Virus record (IMG/VR): IMGVR_UViG_3300025141_016157
Location: 32,001 to 96,000 of that record
Source: a virus
DNA length: 64,000 nucleotides
Reading direction: 5' to 3' (one strand)
Each line of letters begins with the position of its first letter. Positions within the stretch are counted from its first letter, which is position 1. The position numbers and the translations under genes were made by a program. The notes below the pieces were generated by a model. That model was not told the DNA's origin, made no database searches, and worked only from the letters and a program-made list of their open reading frames with translations. Of the stretch, positions 1 to 11,242 are shown in pieces.

Positions 1-2
1 CA

Positions 3-797
3 CTTGAGTTCGATGGATCTGGTGCAGTTTCAACAGTTGGTATGACAACACTTGACCTAGACGGATCAGGTGCACTTCAGATCAACTCATCTGGTGGTGC
101 TATTAGTATTGGTAATGATAATGTTGCACAAAACATAAGTGTCGGTACTGCTGGCGCAAGAACTTTAATCGCACTTGGTAGCTCTGCAGCTACTGAGACT
201 CAGATTGAAGGAGCTCTTGTAGATGTCAACTGGGGTAACTCAGGGGGACTCTTTGCCGGTGCAGGTCCAGGTGTTCTTGATTCAACATCTTCTGCTGTTA
301 TCCTATCGGGAGCGCTAGGTGTTGCGCTTTCAGGATCTGGCGGAGTTTCATTCTCATCTGACGGCGGTATGACTTCTGGTCCTACTACAGAGATGAAATT
401 TGCAACATGGGGCGAGTTTAGCACGTTTAGAAGTAAATCTCTATTTGATGCTAGCACAACAGTTGTGGGAGCCCTAAATGCTCTTGCAGGTGCAGCTTCA
501 GGCGGTGTAAAAGGACTCGCAGTTCTATCTGGTACAACTGTAGCAACAGCAGCATTCACGCTGAATGATGCACAGCTAACTGATAGGGTTGGTTATGACA
601 CTGACGGAATTAGCCTTGTAGAGGCATCAGTTTCAAACACTGAAGTCTATGTCAATGGTCAACTTCTAGTATCAGGATCATCAACACTAAATGGTGACTA
701 CTTTGTCTCATCGGCAGCAAATCCAGGCGTACTTAAGTTTGCCTTCGACTTGCTTCCTAATGATGTAGTTCTAGTAAAGACAACTGCTGATCAATAA
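3..797 (+). CDS. C-terminal part of a Gly/Ser/Ala-rich virion fibre/appendage protein (5' truncated by window)
   Basis: Frame is open from nt 3 (LEFDGSGAVSTVG-MTTLDLDGSGA), so the ATG at 42 is probably internal. Beta-rich G/S/A composition, C-terminal VYVNGQLL..G..DY..L.F.F motif, followed by a terminator. Confidence 0.55.
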   Translation, partial: LEFDGSGAVSTVGMTTLDLDGSGALQINSSGGAISIGNDNVAQNISVGTAGARTLIALGSSAATETQIEGALVDVNWGNSGGLFAGAGPGVLDSTSSAVILSGALGVALSGSGGVSFSSDGGMTSGPTTEMKFATWGEFSTFRSKSLFDASTTVVGALNALAGAASGGVKGLAVLSGTTVATAAFTLNDAQLTDRVGYDTDGISLVEASVSNTEVYVNGQLLVSGSSTLNGDYFVSSAANPGVLKFAFDLLPNDVVLVKTTADQ

Positions 798-826
798 TAA
801 ATAAATTTGGAAGTCTAAAGATTTCC

Positions 827-861
827 ACGGGCTCCGATTTACATCGGAGCCCGTTTTTTTT
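827..861 (+). terminator. Rho-independent terminator
   Basis: Stem ACGGGCTCCGAT / loop TTAC / ATCGGAGCCCGT followed by a T run. Confidence 0.9.
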
Positions 862-889
862 ATAATAGCTGTGTTCAATGGAGTAGAAA

Positions 890-1324
890 TTGAGTTTTTT
901 ATTAAAAATAGATTCTAGAATTAAAGATTTGGAAAATGAGCTTGCGAAAACTAGAAATGCAAGAATTGACAAGTCTTTTCATATCAATTTTGTTTCACAG
1001 AAATTAAACGATCTAATAAGAGATCTGGCAAAGAACAATCCCGAAAATCCTGCACAAACACTGGGTGAAGCACTGACAAAAGTTTCAGATATTATAGGTG
1101 ATTCATTTGATCACATAGAGAGAGTAGAGTCAAATATTTTTGTAACAATTAACGCATACAATAGAATTAAAGATGATTTTATTGCATACGAAAATAAAGA
1201 AAAGCAGTCTGCTCAGCAACCTGATCAAAAAAATAGAGAAATAAGATCAGTGGGAACTAGGCCTGAAAATAAGCTAAAAGAAAGAAAGAAAAAAATAAAA
1301 AAGAAAAGTAAAAAACGTGATTAA
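890..1324 (+). CDS. Hypothetical protein, coiled-coil with Lys-rich C-terminus
   Basis: 144 aa ORF, TTG start after GGAG, overlaps the next gene start. Confidence 0.6.
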   Translation: MSFLLKIDSRIKDLENELAKTRNARIDKSFHINFVSQKLNDLIRDLAKNNPENPAQTLGEALTKVSDIIGDSFDHIERVESNIFVTINAYNRIKDDFIAYENKEKQSAQQPDQKNREIRSVGTRPENKLKERKKKIKKKSKKRD

Positions 1325-2171
1325 TTTTAAAAAAACTTTACAAGAGCATAGTGATAAACTAGACAGAAAATTTGTTTTTTTACAAATTGGGTGCAATGAT
1401 GGCAAGATGGCAGACCCTATCTCTGATTTGATTATTGATAATGGTTGGTCTGGCCTTATGGTAGACGCTAATTCATATTATCTTGAGCTTGCTTACAGAC
1501 ACCACAAAGATAAAAATATAATAAATTTTAAAAATAAAGAAATAATGTTTCTAAATACAGGAGTTATACCAATAAGTGATAATAGTGAAGCTCAGTATGT
1601 GGTAAAAAAGTTTTATTCAATAAATCCAAAATCAATTAGACCGGAAATTCATACTAGAAATGGGCAACCATACTTTGTATATGGCGATATAGCTATGGCT
1701 GTAGAGTCATCAAATAATTGTGCTTTCAATGAAAGTGATAACCCGCTAGACTATCTTTGTGGAATAAATAGCTTTGATTATAACACTGTTCTAAGTCATA
1801 TAGAGATTGCATGTAAGAAAGATGATGTCTCTGGTCAAATAGCCAGGCAAATATTTTCTAATGATAAAGATATTTGGCCATCTTTCATAAATATAGACTA
1901 TGTAAGATCAACTGATATAAATAATCTGTTTTTAGCTTTAGAAAGCTCAATTAATAATTCAAGTATTGATCTTTTACAGACTGATCTGGAGTTTTGGGAT
2001 GTGAAAATAATGAATGAAATTGAACAATTTGAAAAAAAGCCAAAATTTATTCATTTTGAAGCGCCGGGTGGGATGGATTCCTCTCTTAGGGATAAGTTTG
2101 ATAGATGCGGATACGACATATTTGTTCCTGAAGATACAGGTGATCAATTTGCAATTCTAAGAAACCCTTAA
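1317..2171 (+). CDS. FkbM-like SAM-dependent methyltransferase
   Basis: FLQIGCNDG (motif I-like), GWSGLMVDAN, IDLLQTDLE.WD and PKFIHFE match the FkbM/Methyltransf_21 pattern. Confidence 0.7.
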   Translation: MINFKKTLQEHSDKLDRKFVFLQIGCNDGKMADPISDLIIDNGWSGLMVDANSYYLELAYRHHKDKNIINFKNKEIMFLNTGVIPISDNSEAQYVVKKFYSINPKSIRPEIHTRNGQPYFVYGDIAMAVESSNNCAFNESDNPLDYLCGINSFDYNTVLSHIEIACKKDDVSGQIARQIFSNDKDIWPSFINIDYVRSTDINNLFLALESSINNSSIDLLQTDLEFWDVKIMNEIEQFEKKPKFIHFEAPGGMDSSLRDKFDRCGYDIFVPEDTGDQFAILRNP

Positions 2172-2244
2172 TAAAATATAAGATTAAAAGTTTCAAAGAA
2201 TAAATCGCAATATCTATTTTTAGATATTTATCTACAGGGTACAA

Positions 2245-2922
2245 ATGTCATCTCGTAGAAAAAGAGAGATTAAAAGAAAGCTAAGAGTACTAAGGTCAGA
2301 GCATAAGTATTTTAGAACGGCCCTGAGAGATATAAAAGACGATTTTGAGCTATATAAGTCTGAGTGGAATACTGACTTTAACACTCTAGTAAATAAATTT
2401 CAAAAAAGTGACAATTCATGCACTAAAACAGAAAAAATAATCTCACAGATAGACGAAAAACAAGGTGATAATTGTTATAATAGAGATGAAAACAAGGAAA
2501 AAATAAATAAAAACAATGCACCAAAATGGGCAAAGTCTCTTTACAAGAAAATTGCTAGAAAGACTCACCCAGACGTTGCAAGAGAGATCGATGATATTAA
2601 AAGAATGTCCTCTATTTTTCAAGATGCAGCAAAAATTATTGAATCAGCAGATTATGAAAAACTTTTTGATATTGCAATTGATCTTGGTATATCTGTAGAT
2701 TTAAACGAAGAAGAGCTTGTAGTTAGAATGAAAAAAATAGTTGCAATGTTAAGGGAGGAAATATCTAAAATAGAGGATAGCCCTGCATGGGTCTGGGGTG
2801 AATCTTTTGGAATGGATGACATAAGATTAAAAGTTGCAAAGATTTCGCTAGAGTCTATAAGCATATCAGTTGAAGATAAAAAACTTTTAGCATCTATAAA
2901 GGAAATAGAGAGCAATATATAG
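2245..2922 (+). CDS. J-domain (DnaJ-like) co-chaperone protein
   Basis: KSLYKKIARKTHPD is J-domain helix II plus the HPD motif, flanked by coiled coils. Confidence 0.7.
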   Translation: MSSRRKREIKRKLRVLRSEHKYFRTALRDIKDDFELYKSEWNTDFNTLVNKFQKSDNSCTKTEKIISQIDEKQGDNCYNRDENKEKINKNNAPKWAKSLYKKIARKTHPDVAREIDDIKRMSSIFQDAAKIIESADYEKLFDIAIDLGISVDLNEEELVVRMKKIVAMLREEISKIEDSPAWVWGESFGMDDIRLKVAKISLESISISVEDKKLLASIKEIESNI

Positions 2923-3001
2923 CATTTGAAAAAAATGATTAAATGTTTGTTTTAAAGTAATTTTTATATTAGTATAATTATAATCACACAAGAGGACTAA
3001 A

Positions 3002-4162
3002 GTGTCAGGTATTCTCGATTCAAAGACTAGAATTTTAGATGCAGTAATAACCCAAGAGGGAAAGCGCCAGATAGCAAATGGTGGACTAAGGGCAGTTTAT
3101 GCAACTGTTTCTGATAAGTCATCTTATTATGAATTTAGTGAAGCTAGTGGTTCATCAGATGCATCTAAAAGGATATATTTTGAATCACCAATAGAAGATA
3201 TAAACGATTCAATAATTATGGAATCTGATGATTCAGGAAAGCTACTTGGATATCCTGTGCAGGGCTCAGAGTTTTATAGCACTGACGGGGTTGTAACTGG
3301 AAGATCATCTGTAAGCGGAACACTAACTTATGCTACAACGGGTTCAGTTTCTGGATTTAATAGTCTTGCAGACGGCATAGTAAGCTCATCTATTGAAAGA
3401 TTTAAAAATTTATATACAATAGGGACAAGAGATGCAGGAGAGCCAGATAGCCTGCAGATGAAAATCTATCCATCGTCGTATAGCTTTACAATGAATAACA
3501 AGTATCCTTTTACAAAAGGTCCAACATCAGCAACAAGCAATGTTGACTTTATTGATCCTTTATTTTTTGATGATATGTTAGCAAATGTTGAGAATTTTAA
3601 ATATCTCCCTCCCTTAAAAAACCCGCCAGCGGAAACATCTGGAGATGATACAGATCAGCCAAGAAGCAATATGTTAGGATTGTATACAAAGTTTCAGAGA
3701 CCCGAACCCCTAGATTTACAAAAGATATTAAATCATATGAATATCTTTACAGATCTTTCAGGAAGCACTGCGATGGAAGGAGATCCAGATGCAGTTTATG
3801 ATACAAGCGAAACATCAGATGACAATCCGTATACAAATGAAAATACATCTGGTGACTACGGTGTAAGAGAGTCAGAAAGAGACGGATCTTCTCTAAATCT
3901 ATCTCTAGATCAGCTTCCAAGAGAGAGAGTTTCTGTTTTTTTTGAAACAACATCTAGAACTAACAATCTTATGATGCAAATGTTTGAGCTTGATTCAAGC
4001 TCTTCGAAGTTAAAAAAGCTAGACGTAATAGATTTTGGAAGTGTTTATGATGAAAACGACTCTATCCATCCTGAAAAACAGATATTTTTTGCAGGTAAGA
4101 TATTTATAAACTCAATCGGCTTACCTGCATTTGTCAAATTATTTACAATTATAATGGATTAA
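3002..4162 (+). CDS. Putative baseplate/tail-fibre anchoring structural protein
   Basis: N-terminus ILDAVITQEGKRQIANG is paralogous to the ORF at 13307. GTG start with GAGG SD and ATAATTA upstream. Confidence 0.5.
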   Translation: MSGILDSKTRILDAVITQEGKRQIANGGLRAVYATVSDKSSYYEFSEASGSSDASKRIYFESPIEDINDSIIMESDDSGKLLGYPVQGSEFYSTDGVVTGRSSVSGTLTYATTGSVSGFNSLADGIVSSSIERFKNLYTIGTRDAGEPDSLQMKIYPSSYSFTMNNKYPFTKGPTSATSNVDFIDPLFFDDMLANVENFKYLPPLKNPPAETSGDDTDQPRSNMLGLYTKFQRPEPLDLQKILNHMNIFTDLSGSTAMEGDPDAVYDTSETSDDNPYTNENTSGDYGVRESERDGSSLNLSLDQLPRERVSVFFETTSRTNNLMMQMFELDSSSSKLKKLDVIDFGSVYDENDSIHPEKQIFFAGKIFINSIGLPAFVKLFTIIMD

Positions 4163-4163
4163 A

Positions 4164-6914
4164 ATGGCTCTTAAAATTAAAAAGAAAAATACTAGAATCA
4201 TGTCTGTGTACCATGGCCAGAATTCATTTATATCAAAAATAGGGAAAGAAAGGTTCTACAAGATTAAAAAAAATGACATGGGTGAAGATTATCCATCCGC
4301 AATAGAAAGGGATGTAACTGAGTATAATATATTTTTCAATATTGACATGAGAAAATTGCTCGGGTCTAAAGTTCAATCACTTGATTTTTCAATTCTTAAA
4401 TCCTCTACATTAAAATCTCTGGGAATGTTTGATCTAGCTGGAAACCTAGATCAGGAAAATATTGCAGCATCTCTATACTCATCAACATCAGAAGCTAGAA
4501 GAAGAATTTACCAAGATATTCAAGAAAAAACTATACATACAGGAAAGATAGATCTTACGAAAAAAATAAATGGGGTAAAATTTTCAAAAGATTTTAAAAA
4601 TAGAACAGATGATGAGCTTTTTGGAAAAATAAAAAGAATAAAACTAGTTGATCCAAAATCTTTAGGCAAAAAAGGTCTCAATAAAATAAGACTTGCGCAG
4701 GCAGATACTTCAACATTTGATATAGACAGTATCGACAGTCAAACATCTTTTTCATCTGTATATAAAGATGCAATATGTAACAATATGGATCCTGGTAGTG
4801 CATTTTTTCCTGTAGAGAGCACAATTAGCCTTTTGCCAAAAATAGGCCATACAAATATTGGAAAATTATCAAATTTTTATACAAATAGAAATATAAAAAA
4901 TATTAATACTCTTAGAAGTAAGTTTGAAAATGCATACACGGGTTTAAATACTTCTATTGGTGATGTGATAGAGGGAAAGCCTAAAAGGGTGGGAATAGTT
5001 GTAGAAGAACCGCATAGAATTCAAACAATTAATCACATATTTAAAGTTGATTCTTCTATTATTGATCCTCATGATTCATTTGTAGTTCTAGTTTCTGCTA
5101 GAGATCAATCAACTGGGCTTATAAGTGAAGCATTTGAATTTAGAGTAGCTCATAAAATCAATATTGAAAACTACTATATTCCCGAAGTTTTACCAAATTT
5201 ATCTATAATTAGAGATAAACCACAAAAGGGATATTCAAATATTAACGGAATAATTGATTACGTAGATAGTAAAATAAAAGGTATTGAGATATCTACAAGG
5301 ACTGTAGACGATGATTTTAGTATATCTAATTCATCATTTTCTGATATTACAAGCCTTGAAAGTATTAATGAAATAAAGAATCAAGATTGTTATAAAATTT
5401 CAAATATATCTAGTATAAACATGAGCCAGATGGGGATTGTAAGAATTATTCCTACAACTGTAGCAGATTTAAAAATATTAAATTTTAGCAGTGACTCTGT
5501 TCGAGGGGAAAATTTTAAATATATCAACTCTGGCCTCTATACATCTAACATGAGAGATGGCATTTGCGTAAGATATTTCGTAGATTCAACAAAAGTTTCA
5601 GGTATTGGCATATACAGAAAGCTAAAGCACGAAAAAGAATATTCTCCAATTAGATATGGGACAGAGTCTTCATGGGGACCAGGAGGCTTTAGTGATGCTA
5701 TATACATAGGGAGCCCACCGATTTCTCAAAATGCTAGAAAAGTAGGCAGTCTAAATGTTGTTGACACAATTCCTAGGGCTAATGATGTAATTGACTATAG
5801 ATTAAGACTTTTCCTTAAAAACGGAGGCGACGAATATTCAAAGGCAATATCTACAATTAAGAGAATTGAGCCAGCCAATATTGTAAACGTAAAGCTATCA
5901 GAGCCACAATCCTCTGCTGATATGGATTCTAGATTTATAGTCTCAAAGTTTAATATTGATTTTGAAATGGTTGAGACAAGCGGTGATAAGATATTAAAAA
6001 TACTTAGGGAAATAGGCAATGAAGACATATTTGAGTCTGAAATTGAAATAACTAAATCTTCACTTTCTGATATGTGTGTATTCGCTGTAAGAAGAATAAA
6101 TCTTTTAAATTCTGAATCAACATTTTTAGGATATCATCCGGCAGGAGATTTTGTAGATCGGGGTCCTCTCATTAGCGGCAATGTGTATACTTATTATGTT
6201 ACAGCGCACCTAACAAATGCAGATCAAGTTCAAAAAAGCTTCAATCTTTCAAAGCTTACTAGTAAGAATATAATATCTACAACAAAAGATATAAGATCTC
6301 CAAGCACAATCTCTAGAATTCAAAGCGCACAGTCTGTAGCAGTTCCACCAGATGATCGTGCAATATCAGCTGTAACAGGATTGACTAGCGCCGAAGAGCT
6401 TTCTGAGCTTGAGAAAAGATATGAACTTATAAAGGAAGAAAAGTCATTTTCATATAGATCTTTAATTAGCGGGATGATTTTTTCATCCAATAGAACTTCA
6501 CAGCTATACGATTTCAATAAATACAACACAGGAGATCATGCGTCTGTATCATTGAGGATTGTAAAATCTTCATACAATATTACAGGCAAGAGTGGTGTAA
6601 CACTGACAAGGTCTAATATGGGTGCCCCGGTTATCAGATTTTCAGTTTCACCTGTGGGAAATTCTAGAATGAAAACGCTAGACTGTGTTGTCATTACCTG
6701 CGTTAGAAACGGAAAAGAAATTATTTGCGGTGCATGTCACAATGATGGAACTGGAGATTTTGTATTTATAGATTACGGAAGTAAAAACTATCAAGGTAGT
6801 ATTCAATATTTTGCAACTACTGTGACAACTTCTGGCGTTCTTGGAAATAAAAAAATGATTGCTTCAAATGTTCTTTTAGAGCTTAGACCGAGTAATATAA
6901 AGGTTGGAAATTAA
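4164..6914 (+). CDS. Large hypothetical virion protein (beta-sandwich/FN3-like segments)
   Basis: 916 aa ORF in the structural block, with segments such as GIGIYRK and GNVYTYYVTA. Confidence 0.45.
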   Translation: MALKIKKKNTRIMSVYHGQNSFISKIGKERFYKIKKNDMGEDYPSAIERDVTEYNIFFNIDMRKLLGSKVQSLDFSILKSSTLKSLGMFDLAGNLDQENIAASLYSSTSEARRRIYQDIQEKTIHTGKIDLTKKINGVKFSKDFKNRTDDELFGKIKRIKLVDPKSLGKKGLNKIRLAQADTSTFDIDSIDSQTSFSSVYKDAICNNMDPGSAFFPVESTISLLPKIGHTNIGKLSNFYTNRNIKNINTLRSKFENAYTGLNTSIGDVIEGKPKRVGIVVEEPHRIQTINHIFKVDSSIIDPHDSFVVLVSARDQSTGLISEAFEFRVAHKINIENYYIPEVLPNLSIIRDKPQKGYSNINGIIDYVDSKIKGIEISTRTVDDDFSISNSSFSDITSLESINEIKNQDCYKISNISSINMSQMGIVRIIPTTVADLKILNFSSDSVRGENFKYINSGLYTSNMRDGICVRYFVDSTKVSGIGIYRKLKHEKEYSPIRYGTESSWGPGGFSDAIYIGSPPISQNARKVGSLNVVDTIPRANDVIDYRLRLFLKNGGDEYSKAISTIKRIEPANIVNVKLSEPQSSADMDSRFIVSKFNIDFEMVETSGDKILKILREIGNEDIFESEIEITKSSLSDMCVFAVRRINLLNSESTFLGYHPAGDFVDRGPLISGNVYTYYVTAHLTNADQVQKSFNLSKLTSKNIISTTKDIRSPSTISRIQSAQSVAVPPDDRAISAVTGLTSAEELSELEKRYELIKEEKSFSYRSLISGMIFSSNRTSQLYDFNKYNTGDHASVSLRIVKSSYNITGKSGVTLTRSNMGAPVIRFSVSPVGNSRMKTLDCVVITCVRNGKEIICGACHNDGTGDFVFIDYGSKNYQGSIQYFATTVTTSGVLGNKKMIASNVLLELRPSNIKVGN

Positions 6915-6916
6915 AA

Positions 6917-9900
6917 ATGAAACTACCTACTAACTTATCAATAAATCCCGTAAGGGACTATGCAATCGAAGCACCAAATGTTTCAAATACTTCACTTGAC
7001 AATGTTTTAAAATCAGAGCATACGTCTATGGCTTCAAGCGCTGTAGCAATTGATCAAAACTATGACAGCTTTTACTTAAATCCAAGCTTAGAATCGCTTC
7101 TAAACAAAAGAGGATTTTCAACACAAAGAGCAGAAATACTTGGAATGTTCAACTATGACCCACCATTGGCAAAATCTGAATCCGGATCATCATCAACAGA
7201 TTCATCGTTGATCATAACATCATTTGGTGAGCTATATGATTATCAGTGCCAACTTAAGCAAATGAGATACAGCGATGCATTATCATTTTTTGACCAGGTT
7301 GTTGGCTTTAATATTAGAGAATCATCAGATGGAACTAGATCCCTCTACGTCCCAGCATTTCAAAACACAAACGGAGAATCTATAGATACGCTATCTAGCC
7401 TAGAGGAGAATTATGAAAATCAAATGGAAATAGCAGATAAGGTTTTAAACTATCTTGCTGAGATATACAATGCTATTTCTGGATTCATTGATGCGCAAAA
7501 TATTTCAGATGCATATAGTACCTATATGACACTTTTAGATATAGCTGAGGTTGCATTTAAAGTTCCTGAAAATATTACACTAAGGAATCCTGTTACTAAT
7601 TCATGGAATAATATTGCAGGAATTCTGCCAGCAGGAGATATAAATGTTAGCGCACTTCCATTTCTGGATAATGAGCAGAGACTTACTGTAGGGCAATTTC
7701 TAAGAGGTGTGTTAAAAATACAAGATGATTCTGATACGTATTCTGCTCTACTTAGAGGCTCAGGAACATGCGATATGCTTAACTTGTTGCATATTATGGC
7801 AGCTGGTGCACTTGGGATAGAGGCATATGTAGGATTAAAAGAAAACGATACTGATTTTGAAACAATAAATACAAGTTATACTACTGGAAAGCTAATTGGT
7901 ACCAATGCTTATACGCCAGACTCATATCCAGATATTTTAACAAATTCAATCACTGGTGACATAGTAGAGTGGAAAGATGGAGTTGACTTTGATGTAGGTA
8001 GCTTTTTTGGTGCAGGTGTAGGTGATGCAACAGCAGATGCTACAGCTGATCCTTTTCAAGATCTAATACTAAAGAATGCTACAGGTGAAACACTTGACAT
8101 AGAGACTATTTCAATAAAACAATCTATGAATCATAACGGTACTGCTACTGATAACGGGTACTTATCAGATCTTATTCATTATGTTGGCCTTGATGAAATG
8201 CAAGTATCTGTCTTAAAGGGATCTAGCAATATCGGGGGCGTTTCAACATCATCAGTTTCGTCTATTGAAGACCTTGTAGAAAAAACAATGGGCAGGAACA
8301 TAAGTGAATCATATGATTCAATACTTGACAATCTACCTGAATCAGAAGATTGTATTACAAGGCATGTTATTACAAAAAATAGAGATACAACAACATCTGA
8401 TAGTAGGGATGCTGTAGAATCGCTGACATCTACAAACTATCAACTAGCTGGAACACTAAGTGATGTTCGATCTGGTAGATCATACTATTGTGATGAAATA
8501 CCAACAATAGAGTTTGATGAATCAATTGAAAGATTGCGCGACTTTAGAAACTCTTCTGCTAGCTTGCTATCATCAGTAAAAGATTATGCAAAGCTATCTA
8601 CATTTAAATATAGAGAATCTTATCTCAAGGATTCAAATTTTCAGTGGGGATACCTTGGAAAAGAAAGCACACTTGAAATAGTCCCAAGCACGTTTTTTCA
8701 CTATATACTGAAATCAATGAGAGATTCAATTGACACTTACATACAAGAAGATCAAGCTCATGTTGGATATGGTAATCCTACTCATGATTACAATAATTCA
8801 CTTACGTTTGTAGCAGCAGCTCTATCTACATATGATGAGGCTATAGCATATCGTGTTGCAGCACTAAATCTTTCATATGCAGATTTTGTTGACGGAAAGA
8901 TAAGCCAGTCTCAGTGGAATAGTAGAGCTAAATCTTTTGAGATTTCAGTTATCAAAAGACTAATTGAGGGACACTCTAGTGCGTGGAATGGCGGCGGCGC
9001 TTCTGGCTACGGGCACCTTATAACATATGGTAAATGCGCTGTCTCTGACGAAAAAGTCAAGCATAATGTTATATATGATCACGTGGTTGGCAACGCTAAA
9101 CTAAATAGTGATTATATTTTTAGACCATGGGACTCAGCAGGGCTTTATATTGACTCAAATGCATCAATGGCCTCAATTTTAGATACTTTCTGGAGTATGG
9201 GAGCGTCTCATGATAAAATAGAAGACATTTGGAATGTGCTTGGCGGTGCATGTAAAAATTTTGGATGGGACTCTAAATATACTAGTGATGCTCCAAGAAA
9301 TATTTTATTATCACCGTATCATGCAATGAGAAAATTTCGAGAAGATACGCGCTTAGCAAACGGAGCTGACGCACCATCCCCAGGAGATAGCGGAGCTTCG
9401 AATTCTCTAAGGTCAATCTCAGATACAAATAAGATAGTTGCATCATTTTTAGTTCAGAAAAAATTATGGAAGATAGGTCTTAAGTGTGGTCTATATATTC
9501 AAAATGAAGGACTTTTCGATATGACTAATTATTCATCTGATACAAGTGGTAGAGGAAGAATACTATATTGTTTAAACAAGAGGGGAATGACCTCATTTGT
9601 AAATGCAGTTGATTTATTTCAAAATAATCAACCCTTGGGAATGACTTTGAATGGAAAATTTTTCGCAACTAATGACGATAGTGCATATTTCGATCCAGAT
9701 ACATTACTAAACAGGAAGGGGGATTCAATAATTGATGATGATCACTATGGTAAATTTACTGCAGCTTCACCTTATGATGGGTATGGATCACCTTACTGGT
9801 CAATGGGATATGGACCGCAAATTGCAGAGATGATTGGTGTATTTAAAAATATGTTAACACCTTCAATCTGTAGAGAAAGGACTTGCCAGCTATCAATGCT

Positions 9901-11221
9901 ACTTATCGGTAGAATAATTGATCAAATAGATGGAGCATCTATTAACCTTCTAAGTGCAATAGTATCATCTGATACTCAGGAGCAGGAATATAATAATGCA
10001 CTATCTCTTGTAAAGTCAGATCCTGATTTTCAATCTTCAGCACTTCTTGGGATAACGAGAGATCAACTTACTCTTAACCGCGCAATTAAAGATTCATTTT
10101 CATCTCCAAATAGAGAGTATCCGTATCTCCCGGCATCAAAAGCTATCTTAACAAATCAGTCAAAAAATCTAACTGGATTTTTAAGTCTCGATGAAATGCT
10201 TGGAAGCAATACAGCTGGAAGAAAATTTATAGCTCCAATAGGAATACCTGCTGGGCTCGTAGAGTCACTAAGAAATAGAATGATGGATGAAACAGGCTCC
10301 ACAAAGTATAGAACTCAAGGAAACCTAGTTGAGATATCAATATGGAAAAGAGATCTCTTGCACGAAAGAACACTCTATAGTCCAAAAAAGTATGTATTTG
10401 ATATGACAAAATTTATAATAACGGGAAGGTCAGATCCAACTGCTGAGGGGGCAAATCTACTGGACGCTGCGGCAGATCCGCCAAACTCACAAGATTTTAA
10501 TACTGTAATGAGAAATGTAGTAAGTAGAAAATACTCGCCTGATGGCAATATTTCTACGACTATTGGAAAGCTTGCATATAATAATTGGGATTCAAATGAA
10601 ACTAGTTTGACATCTGAGGAAGTGTTTAAAAATCATATAGTTGATAATTATTTAAAAACATTTATGAAATTGACTTCTGGGTTTGATGTATCTGAGGATG
10701 TTTTTCCCTTTCTCGAGGGAAATGTATTTTTTGAAGGCTCAGACCCTGATCAGCAGGACCTTCTAGAATCTCTTTCAAAAACGGCAGAAGAGCTGTTTGT
10801 TGATAGAGACGCAGAGACAGCATTAAACTACAAGCGATTAATTGGAGAGATTACAAGATCAGTATATCTAAGTCCAGAAAAATATAGAAATAGAATAATA
10901 TACCCTAAGATATTTGATAGAGTTTTTTGTATAATGATCGACCCAGACGACTTTGAAATTTCAGATTCTATGTTTGATGGCGGGCCAGCTGACAGGGGTC
11001 CTGATCTTGGTTTTTTAGAATTTTCAGGTAATACAGATGAATATACACAATACTACTGCACAATTTCGATTTTGCCACCCTTGACTTGGGAGGACTATAC
11101 CTTTCGTGATTCTGGAACAGGTGAGGTTGAATCATCAGCACCTGTAGAAATGAGAGAAGTTGAAATTGATGTAAGTGATGCTGTATTGGGTGCAGATAAT
11201 ATAAAAGATAAGTTTCTATAA
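6917..11221 (+). CDS. Large hypothetical protein, probably structural (1434 aa)
   Basis: Long ORF 2 nt after the previous stop. No motif recognised. Confidence 0.45.
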   Translation: MKLPTNLSINPVRDYAIEAPNVSNTSLDNVLKSEHTSMASSAVAIDQNYDSFYLNPSLESLLNKRGFSTQRAEILGMFNYDPPLAKSESGSSSTDSSLIITSFGELYDYQCQLKQMRYSDALSFFDQVVGFNIRESSDGTRSLYVPAFQNTNGESIDTLSSLEENYENQMEIADKVLNYLAEIYNAISGFIDAQNISDAYSTYMTLLDIAEVAFKVPENITLRNPVTNSWNNIAGILPAGDINVSALPFLDNEQRLTVGQFLRGVLKIQDDSDTYSALLRGSGTCDMLNLLHIMAAGALGIEAYVGLKENDTDFETINTSYTTGKLIGTNAYTPDSYPDILTNSITGDIVEWKDGVDFDVGSFFGAGVGDATADATADPFQDLILKNATGETLDIETISIKQSMNHNGTATDNGYLSDLIHYVGLDEMQVSVLKGSSNIGGVSTSSVSSIEDLVEKTMGRNISESYDSILDNLPESEDCITRHVITKNRDTTTSDSRDAVESLTSTNYQLAGTLSDVRSGRSYYCDEIPTIEFDESIERLRDFRNSSASLLSSVKDYAKLSTFKYRESYLKDSNFQWGYLGKESTLEIVPSTFFHYILKSMRDSIDTYIQEDQAHVGYGNPTHDYNNSLTFVAAALSTYDEAIAYRVAALNLSYADFVDGKISQSQWNSRAKSFEISVIKRLIEGHSSAWNGGGASGYGHLITYGKCAVSDEKVKHNVIYDHVVGNAKLNSDYIFRPWDSAGLYIDSNASMASILDTFWSMGASHDKIEDIWNVLGGACKNFGWDSKYTSDAPRNILLSPYHAMRKFREDTRLANGADAPSPGDSGASNSLRSISDTNKIVASFLVQKKLWKIGLKCGLYIQNEGLFDMTNYSSDTSGRGRILYCLNKRGMTSFVNAVDLFQNNQPLGMTLNGKFFATNDDSAYFDPDTLLNRKGDSIIDDDHYGKFTAASPYDGYGSPYWSMGYGPQIAEMIGVFKNMLTPSICRERTCQLSMLLIGRIIDQIDGASINLLSAIVSSDTQEQEYNNALSLVKSDPDFQSSALLGITRDQLTLNRAIKDSFSSPNREYPYLPASKAILTNQSKNLTGFLSLDEMLGSNTAGRKFIAPIGIPAGLVESLRNRMMDETGSTKYRTQGNLVEISIWKRDLLHERTLYSPKKYVFDMTKFIITGRSDPTAEGANLLDAAADPPNSQDFNTVMRNVVSRKYSPDGNISTTIGKLAYNNWDSNETSLTSEEVFKNHIVDNYLKTFMKLTSGFDVSEDVFPFLEGNVFFEGSDPDQQDLLESLSKTAEELFVDRDAETALNYKRLIGEITRSVYLSPEKYRNRIIYPKIFDRVFCIMIDPDDFEISDSMFDGGPADRGPDLGFLEFSGNTDEYTQYYCTISILPPLTWEDYTFRDSGTGEVESSAPVEMREVEIDVSDAVLGADNIKDKFL

Positions 11222-11242
11222 GATTTTCGCAAGAGGGAAAAA

